A stretch of DNA of 62,124 nt, counting the filler. It is 4 parts of 4 records of this genome, joined end to end, with 100 filler letters (N's around TTAATTAATTAA, not from the genome) between each part and the next. Parts side by side here need not be neighbours in the genome. Positions count along the whole stretch, not along the records: positions 31,286 to 54,888 come from DRR723986_9745; positions 54,989 to 62,124 come from DRR723986_9776; 2 more parts are not named here. One strand, given 5' to 3'. The position numbers were made by a program, and so were the translations under genes. Below, piece by piece: positions 49,112 to 57,852 of this stretch. The notes under the pieces are model-generated. The model worked only from the letters and a program-made list of their open reading frames with translations. It ran no database searches and was not told the DNA's origin. The first letter of the stretch is position 1, and every line of letters starts with the position of its first letter.

Positions 49112-50629
49112 ATGTCGGAAGACAGTGAATCAGAACTGCGGAAAGAGCTTGACCGCACCATATCTCTTGGACGCACACCGCAACTAGTGATATTGGGAAC
49201 GGCCGCATATTACTTGATTGCAATTTCTTCGGTCGCTTGGCCACTGATTACGGAAGCGGCACGAAGACGCCAGGCCGAAACTGATTTGAAGGTTCTCAGA
49301 GCCGCAGCTGAACTGGAGCTTGCCGCCTACCGCCTTCAAAAATCTTCCGCGGACAATTTGCAAAGCCTTGGTGCGCCGAGCTCAATCGACATGGCATACG
49401 GTGGACCACCTGCAAACTCCTACTACGGTTCCTGGTTGGCGGCGATCACTGGTACATCGGTACCCTACGGTTACGGATCGGAAACATTGATCAGGGTTGA
49501 ACCGGCGACCAGTGAGGAGCTCAAGAACAGCCAGCATCTATTAGATTTCGCGTATGCAGCTAGCTTTTCGTGCACTCCTACTGACCCGCGAATTTATGTC
49601 CCCGATCCTACGAGTGGTGTGTTTCGCGGACCGGACATTGAAACGCGTTTCTTGCCTCACACGCTTAGACGTGTTTGGTTCTATTCGCAGTCAAAGGACT
49701 TCATCGGGAAACTCGAACAAGAGCTCGCTGACACGATTGCTGCTGCTCGTGGCGACTTAGAAGAACGCGCAGCGAAAGAACCTGAGCTCGAAAATCCACA
49801 GGAGTCTCCAGCGTTTGGCAATGGATTCGGAGGGTTTGGATCGGGTGATGGCGACCCGTCAGTTGGTGGCGGTGGTGGATTCTTCCGTGTGCCCGACGAC
49901 AAACTCCCGACCGATTTTGTTAACCTTGCGCAAGGAGGGGGCGGAATGGCCGGAGCTACTTGGGAAAATGCCTCCGCTGCCCAGAAGCTTTATTGGCTCG
50001 ATAAAGCCCCCGAAGCAGTGCAACTGACCGACATACATGGCCAAATCGTAGCTGGCCTCGACGCGGATAAGCTAGAGCTAGTTGCAGCCAATCTCGGGTC
50101 AATCGTACGGTACGCGAGCACAGACCAGCCTCCGGAGTCCGTACAACTCCATACCGTCATTGCTAAGCTGGAGAAGGAGGTCGACTCGGTACCGGACTTC
50201 ATGTTGCCTGTGATCTCTTCATCGGTACCGGCGGATGTTGGCCTGATAATTGCCGGGCCTCTATTGCTTGTTCTCTTTCACTACTGGTTGCTCTGCTTCT
50301 TAAAGATTCGCCGCCTCGAAACTGAGTTAGTTCAGAAAGTGACGCAGCAGAGCCTTCCGACATGGAGCGGCAGGCTTTTCACGCAGCATGACTCGGGATC
50401 CATAAACGCAAAGCTTAACTGGTGGTTTGGGATCTTGATGCTGTTCGTCTTCCCGATAGCTATCCCTTTCGTTCTCGGTATTCTGATGACCTACGCATTC
50501 TGGGTTGGAGGGGTGCTAAACCTCGCGTGCGCCTGCCTTATGGTCGTTGACCTGGTTGTTACACATCGGGAATGCAAACGGCTGAACAGCGGAAGTGATT
50601 TGCTCTGCATCGGAGGAAATGCTTCGTAG
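49112..50629 (+). CDS. Hypothetical membrane protein
   Basis: One N-terminal and about three C-terminal TM segments; Gly-rich GGGGGFFRVPD motif. Confidence 0.65.
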   Translation: MSEDSESELRKELDRTISLGRTPQLVILGTAAYYLIAISSVAWPLITEAARRRQAETDLKVLRAAAELELAAYRLQKSSADNLQSLGAPSSIDMAYGGPPANSYYGSWLAAITGTSVPYGYGSETLIRVEPATSEELKNSQHLLDFAYAASFSCTPTDPRIYVPDPTSGVFRGPDIETRFLPHTLRRVWFYSQSKDFIGKLEQELADTIAAARGDLEERAAKEPELENPQESPAFGNGFGGFGSGDGDPSVGGGGGFFRVPDDKLPTDFVNLAQGGGGMAGATWENASAAQKLYWLDKAPEAVQLTDIHGQIVAGLDADKLELVAANLGSIVRYASTDQPPESVQLHTVIAKLEKEVDSVPDFMLPVISSSVPADVGLIIAGPLLLVLFHYWLLCFLKIRRLETELVQKVTQQSLPTWSGRLFTQHDSGSINAKLNWWFGILMLFVFPIAIPFVLGILMTYAFWVGGVLNLACACLMVVDLVVTHRECKRLNSGSDLLCIGGNAS

Positions 50630-50734
50630 GACCTGAGAGCCACTTTGCAAAGCTTGATTTGCTAGACTCCGGTTAGCCTCACTACATTGGCTAAGTCTCG
50701 GGTTGCAGTAGCACGCTTAAAATGAAGAGATGAT

Positions 50735-53371
50735 ATGAGCCACTACCGACCGACATTTGAAGCCCTGGAAGACCGTAGACTGCTTTCGGCGTCTCTTGAG
50801 TTTGTAAGCGGTTCTGGTGTAGGGCATGGAAGCGGAAGCGGACGTCAGTGTGCGCCCTTGTCAGACGGTTGGGAAAATCAAAATGAATCAGACTCTCAAC
50901 GAAAGTCCTTCGAGTATGAATCACACCCGCTGGCTGGTGGTGCCGCTGGATTTGGCTTCACCGGCGACTTCGGTTTGGCGGCGAGTAGCGTCACAAAATG
51001 GGGAGCTATCGCTTACGCAACAGTAACCCAAAACTTCGAAGGTGAAGTCAATTGCCCCATGCCTGGTTCCTTCGTCTTTTACAGGGAAGGACTATCCGCG
51101 CGTTCAAGTCTTGATGCGTCGATCAACCTTCGATATTACAACCCCGGCAACGAGGCGTTCGTAGACGCGGTCGTCAACGAACGCCAACGTGGGGTGGGGA
51201 CCGGTAGTGTTGTGACGACTCTTAATGGGCAAAGAGCACCGGTTCGGCTTCTAGTTAGAAGCGGCGATATTTTAACGATCCGTTTTCAACTCTCTGCACA
51301 GCAATCAACCTCGGCTCCGATCGAAGGGCCCTATTATGACACAGTTGCGGAATCGCAAGTAGAACTCTTCGTGCGTGAACTTGTGCAAGCCGCTTGGCTG
51401 GTTCATGGATACAAGCAGCCCTTCGAAGATTTTGACGACTTTATTCGTCCTTGGGTCAACGAATACAGTAGTTTCCTGGCCAACGCTTTGGAATTGAGCG
51501 GCCCGCGCGCTCAGGTAAACGTATTCGAGTGGCAGTCTAGTGAAGGATGGAATCTCGCTGCTGGACTCCTCGGGGCCAAGATCGCTGTCTTGGCTAGCCC
51601 GATTCCATCGAAAGTACCGCTAATACGCGCCTTGGACTCGCTAATGATCAACCAGTTGCAGCGAGCCAAAGATGTAAGTGTATTCGAGACTGATCGGCTG
51701 ATTCGGGAAATACTGATTACGAATTTGTATCAGGGGGTCGCTGGTGTCTCGTTGATTGGCCACAGCCGTGGTGGCGAGCTCATAGCGAGGGCGAATACCA
51801 TTTTGCGTAGAGGCTTGCTTCCTGAGATCCCGATTTCGAGCGTTCTTTTGGATGCCCATGGCACTGACTGGCCCGGCCTAGGTGGAATTCTAGGTTCAGA
51901 TCGTCCATTCCCAGCGGGGACTGCCGCGGATACCAACGTCCTTGTCGACGACGGGTTGGTGGGCTTTCTTGGTGACTTTACCCGACAGGCTATAAACTTG
52001 CTCGGAGGTCTACTTCTGCCTCCAGACGCGATCCCAGACATTGAGACATTCCTAAGCGCTGGAAATTGGAAAGCTCCGGAGAGAAGCAAGCGAGGATACA
52101 TCGATGACCGTTCATTGTTAGGTTTGGACTCGGATCACTTTAATGTTCACGAGCTCTTCTTTTTCCAGAGTGATGAGAAAATAGCGAGCTATTTCCAACC
52201 GCCGTTGAATGCATCCGGGGAAGAGAATAGTACACCAACAGCCCCCTTCGCACTGTCGCGCTTAAGTGGTGGCAGTTTCGAAGAATTTGAGAATTCAGCG
52301 CGGCAATTCGAAGCTTTCAACGACGATGAACTGCCGTTGTTTGCCAGAGAGCTCGTGAGTGCCTTGTCGAACGCTGAAGCTTGGTTCCGTCTCTCTTGGG
52401 ATGTCGACGGGGACGTTTGGCTTGACGATCGAGAGCGACTTATCGCAATTGGTCCAGAGGGCGTGCTTCGGCAGTCGATCGCGTTTCCGAATCCAGAGAT
52501 GGTATTCACGTTGACACACTCGCCAGACTCCTTGACTGACAATTCTTCACTAACGATATGGCTTGACGAAGATCCGATTGCGGTTCTAGGCACCGAAGAA
52601 TTGCAGCAGCCAACGATAGAGTTTTCCTTTGGTGAATCTCACGGAAAGGGCAGCTTGAAGCTTGCATATTCCGGTCCCGAGGGAAGTGCTTTCCAGCTTA
52701 GGAGTATTGAGGCGGAAGAGCAGTTCGCGGCATTCTCAGGCGAGGTGGTTCCCTCTGCGCAAGGAATAGTTGCCCAGGTTCGCGTCGTCGGGGATGAATT
52801 GCCAAGCGGAGAGGTTTCCTTTTTCACTGAGGCAAACGGTGTTGCAGGATTGCAACTAGGCGAGTCTGGTGATCGTGCATTGAGCAGCCAATACGCCGAT
52901 AAAGTGTGGACGCTAGAAGATCCAGCTTTGGCTGTAGGGGACTTTGTATATGCATCGTACGAGCATTCAGGTCAAAGGGTTGCGGAAGATGTTTACCTCG
53001 TAAGCCAGCTCACTAAGAATGTTCAGCAACCGCTCGACGTTTCAATGGATGGCTTCGTTACGCCGATTGATGCGCTAATTCAAATCAATATGCTCAACGG
53101 CGACGTTCCCTATGACGAAGAGCTCTTCTATCGCGCTGACGTCGATGCTGATGGCGTACTCAGCCCCTCGGATGTGCTCCGGGTCGTGAATTACCTTAAT
53201 GCGGACAGTTCTTCTGCCGGAGAGTCGGACGAACTATTTGAACCATTTTCAACTGATCATGACGACGATACTGCTTTCTATATTGAGGCGGAACGTCTGG
53301 CTCACTGCCTGGCTTTGGACTTCGCAAATGAGATTGACGATCTGCGCCGTAGGTCAAGTTTCGGTTGCTAA
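50735..53371 (+). CDS. Planctomycete extracellular protein with an alpha/beta-hydrolase motif and a dockerin-like C-terminus
   Basis: N-terminal FEALEDRRLLS; VHGY and GHSRGG; C-terminal DVSMDGFVTPIDAL and DVDADGVLSPSDVL. Confidence 0.8.
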   Translation: MSHYRPTFEALEDRRLLSASLEFVSGSGVGHGSGSGRQCAPLSDGWENQNESDSQRKSFEYESHPLAGGAAGFGFTGDFGLAASSVTKWGAIAYATVTQNFEGEVNCPMPGSFVFYREGLSARSSLDASINLRYYNPGNEAFVDAVVNERQRGVGTGSVVTTLNGQRAPVRLLVRSGDILTIRFQLSAQQSTSAPIEGPYYDTVAESQVELFVRELVQAAWLVHGYKQPFEDFDDFIRPWVNEYSSFLANALELSGPRAQVNVFEWQSSEGWNLAAGLLGAKIAVLASPIPSKVPLIRALDSLMINQLQRAKDVSVFETDRLIREILITNLYQGVAGVSLIGHSRGGELIARANTILRRGLLPEIPISSVLLDAHGTDWPGLGGILGSDRPFPAGTAADTNVLVDDGLVGFLGDFTRQAINLLGGLLLPPDAIPDIETFLSAGNWKAPERSKRGYIDDRSLLGLDSDHFNVHELFFFQSDEKIASYFQPPLNASGEENSTPTAPFALSRLSGGSFEEFENSARQFEAFNDDELPLFARELVSALSNAEAWFRLSWDVDGDVWLDDRERLIAIGPEGVLRQSIAFPNPEMVFTLTHSPDSLTDNSSLTIWLDEDPIAVLGTEELQQPTIEFSFGESHGKGSLKLAYSGPEGSAFQLRSIEAEEQFAAFSGEVVPSAQGIVAQVRVVGDELPSGEVSFFTEANGVAGLQLGESGDRALSSQYADKVWTLEDPALAVGDFVYASYEHSGQRVAEDVYLVSQLTKNVQQPLDVSMDGFVTPIDALIQINMLNGDVPYDEELFYRADVDADGVLSPSDVLRVVNYLNADSSSAGESDELFEPFSTDHDDDTAFYIEAERLAHCLALDFANEIDDLRRRSSFGC

Positions 53372-53610
53372 CACCGATGCATGACTCGTCTCGGGATGTC
53401 TCGAATTCTTGCCCGAAATGAGAACTTAGCTAGAGATTGCACTGCGTCGCACGAACACGACACAAACGACTCTCTTCTCAGTCGTTCTGTGTAGTGGCGT
53501 TCGACGACGCCGAAAACGCGGCGGGCTAGGTCATGCAAACCGAAAGCTGGTTACCCACCAGTTGCCCATGCCGCGCCATTTTGTGGGTAAACCAATGAGG
53601 GTGATTGGGC

Positions 53611-54873
53611 ATGGCATCTTTAAGCCAGCGCGTTCGGGGCAGTTCGAAAACTTGGGAGATCCGCCTCAGGATTGGCGATCGCCAGAAGACGATCGGCCTT
53701 GGTTCAGTCTCCAAACGCAATGCAGAAGGCGTTCTACGTCACGTCCAAGAGCTTCTGGTAGCGTCGAAGTTAGGCAATAGACCAGAGACCGCTACGGTCG
53801 AATGGCTGAAGACCCTTGCAGCGGATTCAAAGTTGCGAAACCGGCTTGTGGAACTTGGGCTGACACATGCCGGAGTGGTTGTAAAAATCGACGAAGAGCA
53901 TCGTAAGCTTAAGCCGTTTCTAGATGCCACGATTGCGGGAATGAACGGCAATTCACGCACAATTAGCAACTACCAGCAAACAGCGAATTGGCTTCTAAAG
54001 TATTTTGCAGATGACACTGCTTTAACCAGCCTGACGCCTTCAGATATGGAGCGATGGGGCAACTTTCTCAAGTCAAAGAAGCTGGCCTACAGCAACCGCC
54101 GGAAGCTTGTTCAACGCGCAAGAAAGTTCTTTGAGCTAGCGGTTGAAGCAAGGCTTCTTGATGTATCACCTGCCGGTAAGTTGCGGCTGGAGACCAAGCC
54201 ACGGCACGTCAGGAAAAAGCATTTTGTAGACGCTGAGACCTCAACCAAGATCCTTAAGGGGCTTGAGGACGACAATTGGCGTCTAGTATTCGCGTTGCTT
54301 CGATACGGCGGCTTTCGTCGCTGTGAAGTGGATGCGATCCGATGGGAGCATGTCGACTTCAACCGCATGGCGCTCGATATCCATTCCCCAAAGACCGGCT
54401 TCCGCAACTGCCCCATTTTCCCGGAGCTGCTTCCGTATTTGGAAGCGGTGCGAGCTGCCGAAGGGCGTTTGGTGCGGTGGAGCGGCGACGTCGATAGCCT
54501 GACGCCACTGCTTCGCAAGCGGATAATCAGCATTATCGGTAAGGAGCGTATGTGGCCCCAAACGTGCATCATGCTGCGTTCGACGAGGCGGACTGAGCTG
54601 GAAGACAACTTTGCAGGGCACGTACTAGACGATTGGTTGGGGCACTCCTCAAGTGTCGCTGATGAGCATTACCTGCAGGTAACCGACGAACACTGGTCAA
54701 GGGCCATCGCGCCGCACAACGATTCGCGTAACATCCCTGCACGTACACAGGCATACAGAGACACATTAAGAGATCCAGAAACGCAAAAACCCCTGCAAAA
54801 CAGGGGTTTCCGCGAACTTAATGGTGTTGAAAAGTACCCCCGCAAGGACTCGAACCTTGGACCCGCTGATTAA
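53611..54873 (+). CDS. int: Tyrosine recombinase / integrase
   Basis: GFRRCEV (R), PKT (K), LRSTR, WLGHS and EHY (catalytic Y). Start placed at MASL. Confidence 0.92.
   Translation: MASLSQRVRGSSKTWEIRLRIGDRQKTIGLGSVSKRNAEGVLRHVQELLVASKLGNRPETATVEWLKTLAADSKLRNRLVELGLTHAGVVVKIDEEHRKLKPFLDATIAGMNGNSRTISNYQQTANWLLKYFADDTALTSLTPSDMERWGNFLKSKKLAYSNRRKLVQRARKFFELAVEARLLDVSPAGKLRLETKPRHVRKKHFVDAETSTKILKGLEDDNWRLVFALLRYGGFRRCEVDAIRWEHVDFNRMALDIHSPKTGFRNCPIFPELLPYLEAVRAAEGRLVRWSGDVDSLTPLLRKRIISIIGKERMWPQTCIMLRSTRRTELEDNFAGHVLDDWLGHSSSVADEHYLQVTDEHWSRAIAPHNDSRNIPARTQAYRDTLRDPETQKPLQNRGFRELNGVEKYPRKDSNLGPAD
54785..54809 (-). terminator. Intrinsic terminator downstream of the tRNA, inside the int CDS on the opposite strand
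   Basis: AAACCCCTG-N5-CAGGGGTTT stem followed by a T run on the minus strand. Confidence 0.7.
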
Positions 54874-54888
54874 GAGTCAGCTGCTCTA
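54835..54888 (-). tRNA. tRNA-Lys(CTT), 3' two-thirds (5' end cut by the contig end)
   Basis: Reverse complement TAGAGCAGCTGACTCTTAATCAGCGGGTCCAAGGTTCGAGTCCTTGCGGGGGTA shows the anticodon arm CTGA-CTCTTAA-TCAG and the T-arm GGTTCGAGTCC. Confidence 0.9.
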
Positions 54889-54988
54889 NNNNNNNNNNNN
54901 NNNNNNNNNNNNNNNNNNNNNNNNNNNNNNNNTTAATTAATTAANNNNNNNNNNNNNNNNNNNNNNNNNNNNNNNNNNNNNNNNNNNN
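54889..54988. other. Artificial contig linker
   Basis: N-run, TTAATTAATTAA, N-run. Confidence 0.98.
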
Positions 54989-55015
54989 CACCTGTTAGCC
55001 TGTGGCTAACAGGTG
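54989..55015. repeat. REP-like palindrome CACCTGTTAGCC-TGT-GGCTAACAGGTG
   Basis: Perfect 12-bp arms; a related palindrome sits at the other contig end. Confidence 0.75.
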
Positions 55016-55130
55016 GTGTTTTTTTTGACCATCCCAAAACCTCCCAACCCCAATCCCAAAGACAAACAAAAATGCCAGGAAGCCTGCCACCGAATTCATA
55101 ATGAGGAGGCAAAGCGCTCAAACCATAATC

Positions 55131-56042
55131 CTAAAACCCCGCAGCGTCAAGTACCGCAGCCTCATAACGTCCGTCCTCCGCCGGATAACGCAACACAGCC
55201 TCAAACCCGCCGCGCTCCTTGGCCAAAGACCATACAATGCTCTCGCCCGCAGGGACAACATCCGGCACGCGCTGGTAAATCGGATCGTCAAAAACGTCAA
55301 CAGGGTCGATAAACTCCCAGCCGTGTTCGCGGAACATGTTAATTAAATCATCCAGAAACAATGCGTTAATAAGATTGTGATGCACGAGAAGTGAATGTTT
55401 AATCTGACGTCCCTCAACAGCATATGCCAAACTATCGTAGAATTGCGCGCGGTCAAGCATATGCGCCAAATATAAATCGCGAATTTTGCTAACGTCTCCC
55501 TGCGGATTTGATTTCAAAAATTTCACCAGTCGTCCATTGTAGTACCAGTCCGAAGCGTCGATGCTTACATGCCCATTGCGATAACCCATCTGCGCCAATC
55601 CGGCACGTACCGAGTCGCGCTTAAGCCGCGTTTCGCCCTCCTTAAGATATGGAAACCGAAAGAAACGCTCGAAGTTGTTAAAATCCGCAACAATTGAGTC
55701 GTTGCGCCGAATGTCTTCAACAAAGGTCTTAGCCGAAATCCGCGGACTGTTAAGAAAGTGGTGCGAATATGTGTGATTGGAAATCACATGGCCGGCCGCA
55801 TCCCACAAATTCAGAAGGCTGTCCCCCGCCGGGGAATCCACAGCCTTGCCGCACACAAAAAACAATGCGCGGACCTCGGCAGCCTGCAGCTTTTTTAACC
55901 ACATCGCATTCCATTCCCGCCAGGCAAAACCAGCCACCGAATCAACACTGCCGTCATCAAATGTCAGGCTTAGTTGGCGCTGCGCAGGCAACATCACACT
56001 TGAAGTCATCAACACTGCAAAAATTAACAAAAGAATACGCAT
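55131..56042 (-). CDS. Secreted polysaccharide deacetylase (CE4/NodB)
   Basis: Signal peptide; motifs LTFDDG, NHTYSH, FRFPY and LLVH. Confidence 0.9.
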   Translation of the reverse strand: MRILLLIFAVLMTSSVMLPAQRQLSLTFDDGSVDSVAGFAWREWNAMWLKKLQAAEVRALFFVCGKAVDSPAGDSLLNLWDAAGHVISNHTYSHHFLNSPRISAKTFVEDIRRNDSIVADFNNFERFFRFPYLKEGETRLKRDSVRAGLAQMGYRNGHVSIDASDWYYNGRLVKFLKSNPQGDVSKIRDLYLAHMLDRAQFYDSLAYAVEGRQIKHSLLVHHNLINALFLDDLINMFREHGWEFIDPVDVFDDPIYQRVPDVVPAGESIVWSLAKERGGFEAVLRYPAEDGRYEAAVLDAAGF

Positions 56043-56278
56043 ACTTAGAGCTTCCGCAATCTATTAAACAATACGAACTGTGGTGCAGAGTTAAAATGCG
56101 GATTAACATCTGAACAGAAAAAGAATTCTTGATGAATGTGTATTCATCAAAAACTCAGGCAAAAACTCAGGCAAATGCTCAAGTGAAGGCTCAGGCGTGG
56201 GCACGGGCAAGCACATATGCTCTGAATTTTGTATTTTCCAAAGATTCAACATCTGACCTTAAATTGGTGTGAGATTTT

Positions 56279-56869
56279 ATGCAGAGCGATGCAGGCAACA
56301 TTGCCGCGCAATACGACTTTCGGCTGCTGGAACCCGCTGATGCTGCGGAACTGGCGTCCTACTTCTGGCGCAACAAGGAGTTCCACGATCCCTGGTCCCC
56401 CGTGCGTCCGCCGGAATTTTTTACCAAAAAATATTTGCGCGAACTGCTTCTGGCCTCAATTCCACTGCGCCAGGGTATGCGTGAATTCCGGTTTGCAGCA
56501 TTTGCAGGTGTCGACGGCAAACGCGTCGTGGGTGCGATTAACCTTTCTGCAATTGAACGCGGTGCGTTTATGAATGGGCGCCTGGGGTATTCCGTGGATG
56601 CCGAATGGACCGGACGTGGACTGATGACGGACATGATCCGGCGCGTGAGTGAATTTGCTTTTGAGGGTCTGCAGCTGCACCGCCTGGAAGCAAATGTGAT
56701 CCCAGAAAACATTCCGTCTAATCGCGTAATGTTAAAAAGTGGCTTCAGCCATATCGGCATGTCACCACGCATGATAAAAATTAACGACAGGTGGCAGGAC
56801 CACAATATGTATGCCCTGCTCGTGGATGACTACCTTCATCAGAAAAGTGAAAAGCTGGAGGCCGGCTAA
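56279..56869 (+). CDS. RimJ/RimL family GNAT acetyltransferase
   Basis: Motifs LGYSVD...GRGLMT, LHRLEANVIPENIPS and WQDH. Confidence 0.88.
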   Translation: MQSDAGNIAAQYDFRLLEPADAAELASYFWRNKEFHDPWSPVRPPEFFTKKYLRELLLASIPLRQGMREFRFAAFAGVDGKRVVGAINLSAIERGAFMNGRLGYSVDAEWTGRGLMTDMIRRVSEFAFEGLQLHRLEANVIPENIPSNRVMLKSGFSHIGMSPRMIKINDRWQDHNMYALLVDDYLHQKSEKLEAG

Positions 56870-56871
56870 AC

Positions 56872-57672
56872 TCATTCATCCTTGATCTCTTCCAGCAGAG
56901 TAATTGCTTTTTTCTTAAAATCCTCGTCGCCCGGAAACTCGGGTGTAAGCTCTGCAATTTTTGTGAGTTGAACGCGCGCATCATCATATTCATCCTCGCG
57001 AATCAAAGCGCGCGCGTAGTCGAAGCGGTAGCGAATGTTGCGCGGCTGTACTTCGGCAGCTTTACCAAGATGTTCAATCGCATCGTCAATATCGGCAAAA
57101 CCCAGGCCCAGCGGCCAGCGCACCAGATAGGGCTTTTCTGAGACCTTCAAATGCAGACGCCCCAAAATGTAGTGTGAGAGCGAGAGTAAATACTTGCCAC
57201 CGTTATTGAGTTCGATCGCTTTTTCGCAGTCGTCGCGCACCTGCTCAATCAAACCACCAACAGAAAATACACCGCGGAAGAGGGCCAGTTTGCCATTTGC
57301 AATTGAGCGGCGCACATAGGCATTCATCCCTTCCTTGCGGATAAGAATCGCGGAATCGGCGACTTCGCGCGCGCGCAGGTACATCTTCTCGCGGTCGTCC
57401 TCCTTCTCCAGGCTGTCGGCGGCATCGGCCAGGCATTTGGAGAGACGCCAGAGAACGTCATAGTCGTTCGGTTGGGAGGCGTGTACCTCTTCAATTACAG
57501 CTTTGGCGGCGGCGAACTGGCCGGCTTTGGCGAGACTGTCCGTCAGGTGGATCTTGGCTTTGATTTCAGCGGACTTTTCCTGCGCAAGCGCTGTTGGCGT
57601 GGCGGCAGTCAAAGCGAGTATCAGGCAGGCCACCAGGGCCAAAAATGGGAATGTATTCTGCTGTTTGTACAT
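56872..57672 (-). CDS. Secreted TPR-like protein
   Basis: Signal peptide followed by helical repeats (VLWRLSK, HYILGR, YARAL). Confidence 0.75.
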   Translation of the reverse strand: MYKQQNTFPFLALVACLILALTAATPTALAQEKSAEIKAKIHLTDSLAKAGQFAAAKAVIEEVHASQPNDYDVLWRLSKCLADAADSLEKEDDREKMYLRAREVADSAILIRKEGMNAYVRRSIANGKLALFRGVFSVGGLIEQVRDDCEKAIELNNGGKYLLSLSHYILGRLHLKVSEKPYLVRWPLGLGFADIDDAIEHLGKAAEVQPRNIRYRFDYARALIREDEYDDARVQLTKIAELTPEFPGDEDFKKKAITLLEEIKDE

Positions 57673-57852
57673 GCGGTTCCTCCAATGTGTCGGCGAATCT
57701 TACGAGCTAATCTTGCCGGCTAATAAGTCATAAAGCAAGGCGAGCCGTCATTTGCTTCCAATTTTGGCTGCGCCGCGTTGGCTATCCGCCGGACTTAGCG
57801 TATTTTTGAGGTTTGCGAAAAATTTTTTCACGCACGGGCACAGGCCGGGCAT

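Larger units (their letters stand above)
31286..54888. mobile_element. tRNA-Lys-integrated, phage-satellite-like island of a planctomycete (left end missing)
   Basis: Tyrosine integrase abutting a tRNA, excisionase-like HTHs, a replication-like gene, terminases, a serine recombinase and no housekeeping genes. Planctomycete-type protein motifs are present. Confidence 0.8.

Noticed and set aside
31286-54888. Complete prophage or conjugative ICE
   Set aside because: No recognisable portal, capsid, tail, lysis, relaxase or T4SS genes are present, and the pilins are type IV/T2SS prepilins rather than conjugative pilins. A decayed prophage cannot be fully excluded.
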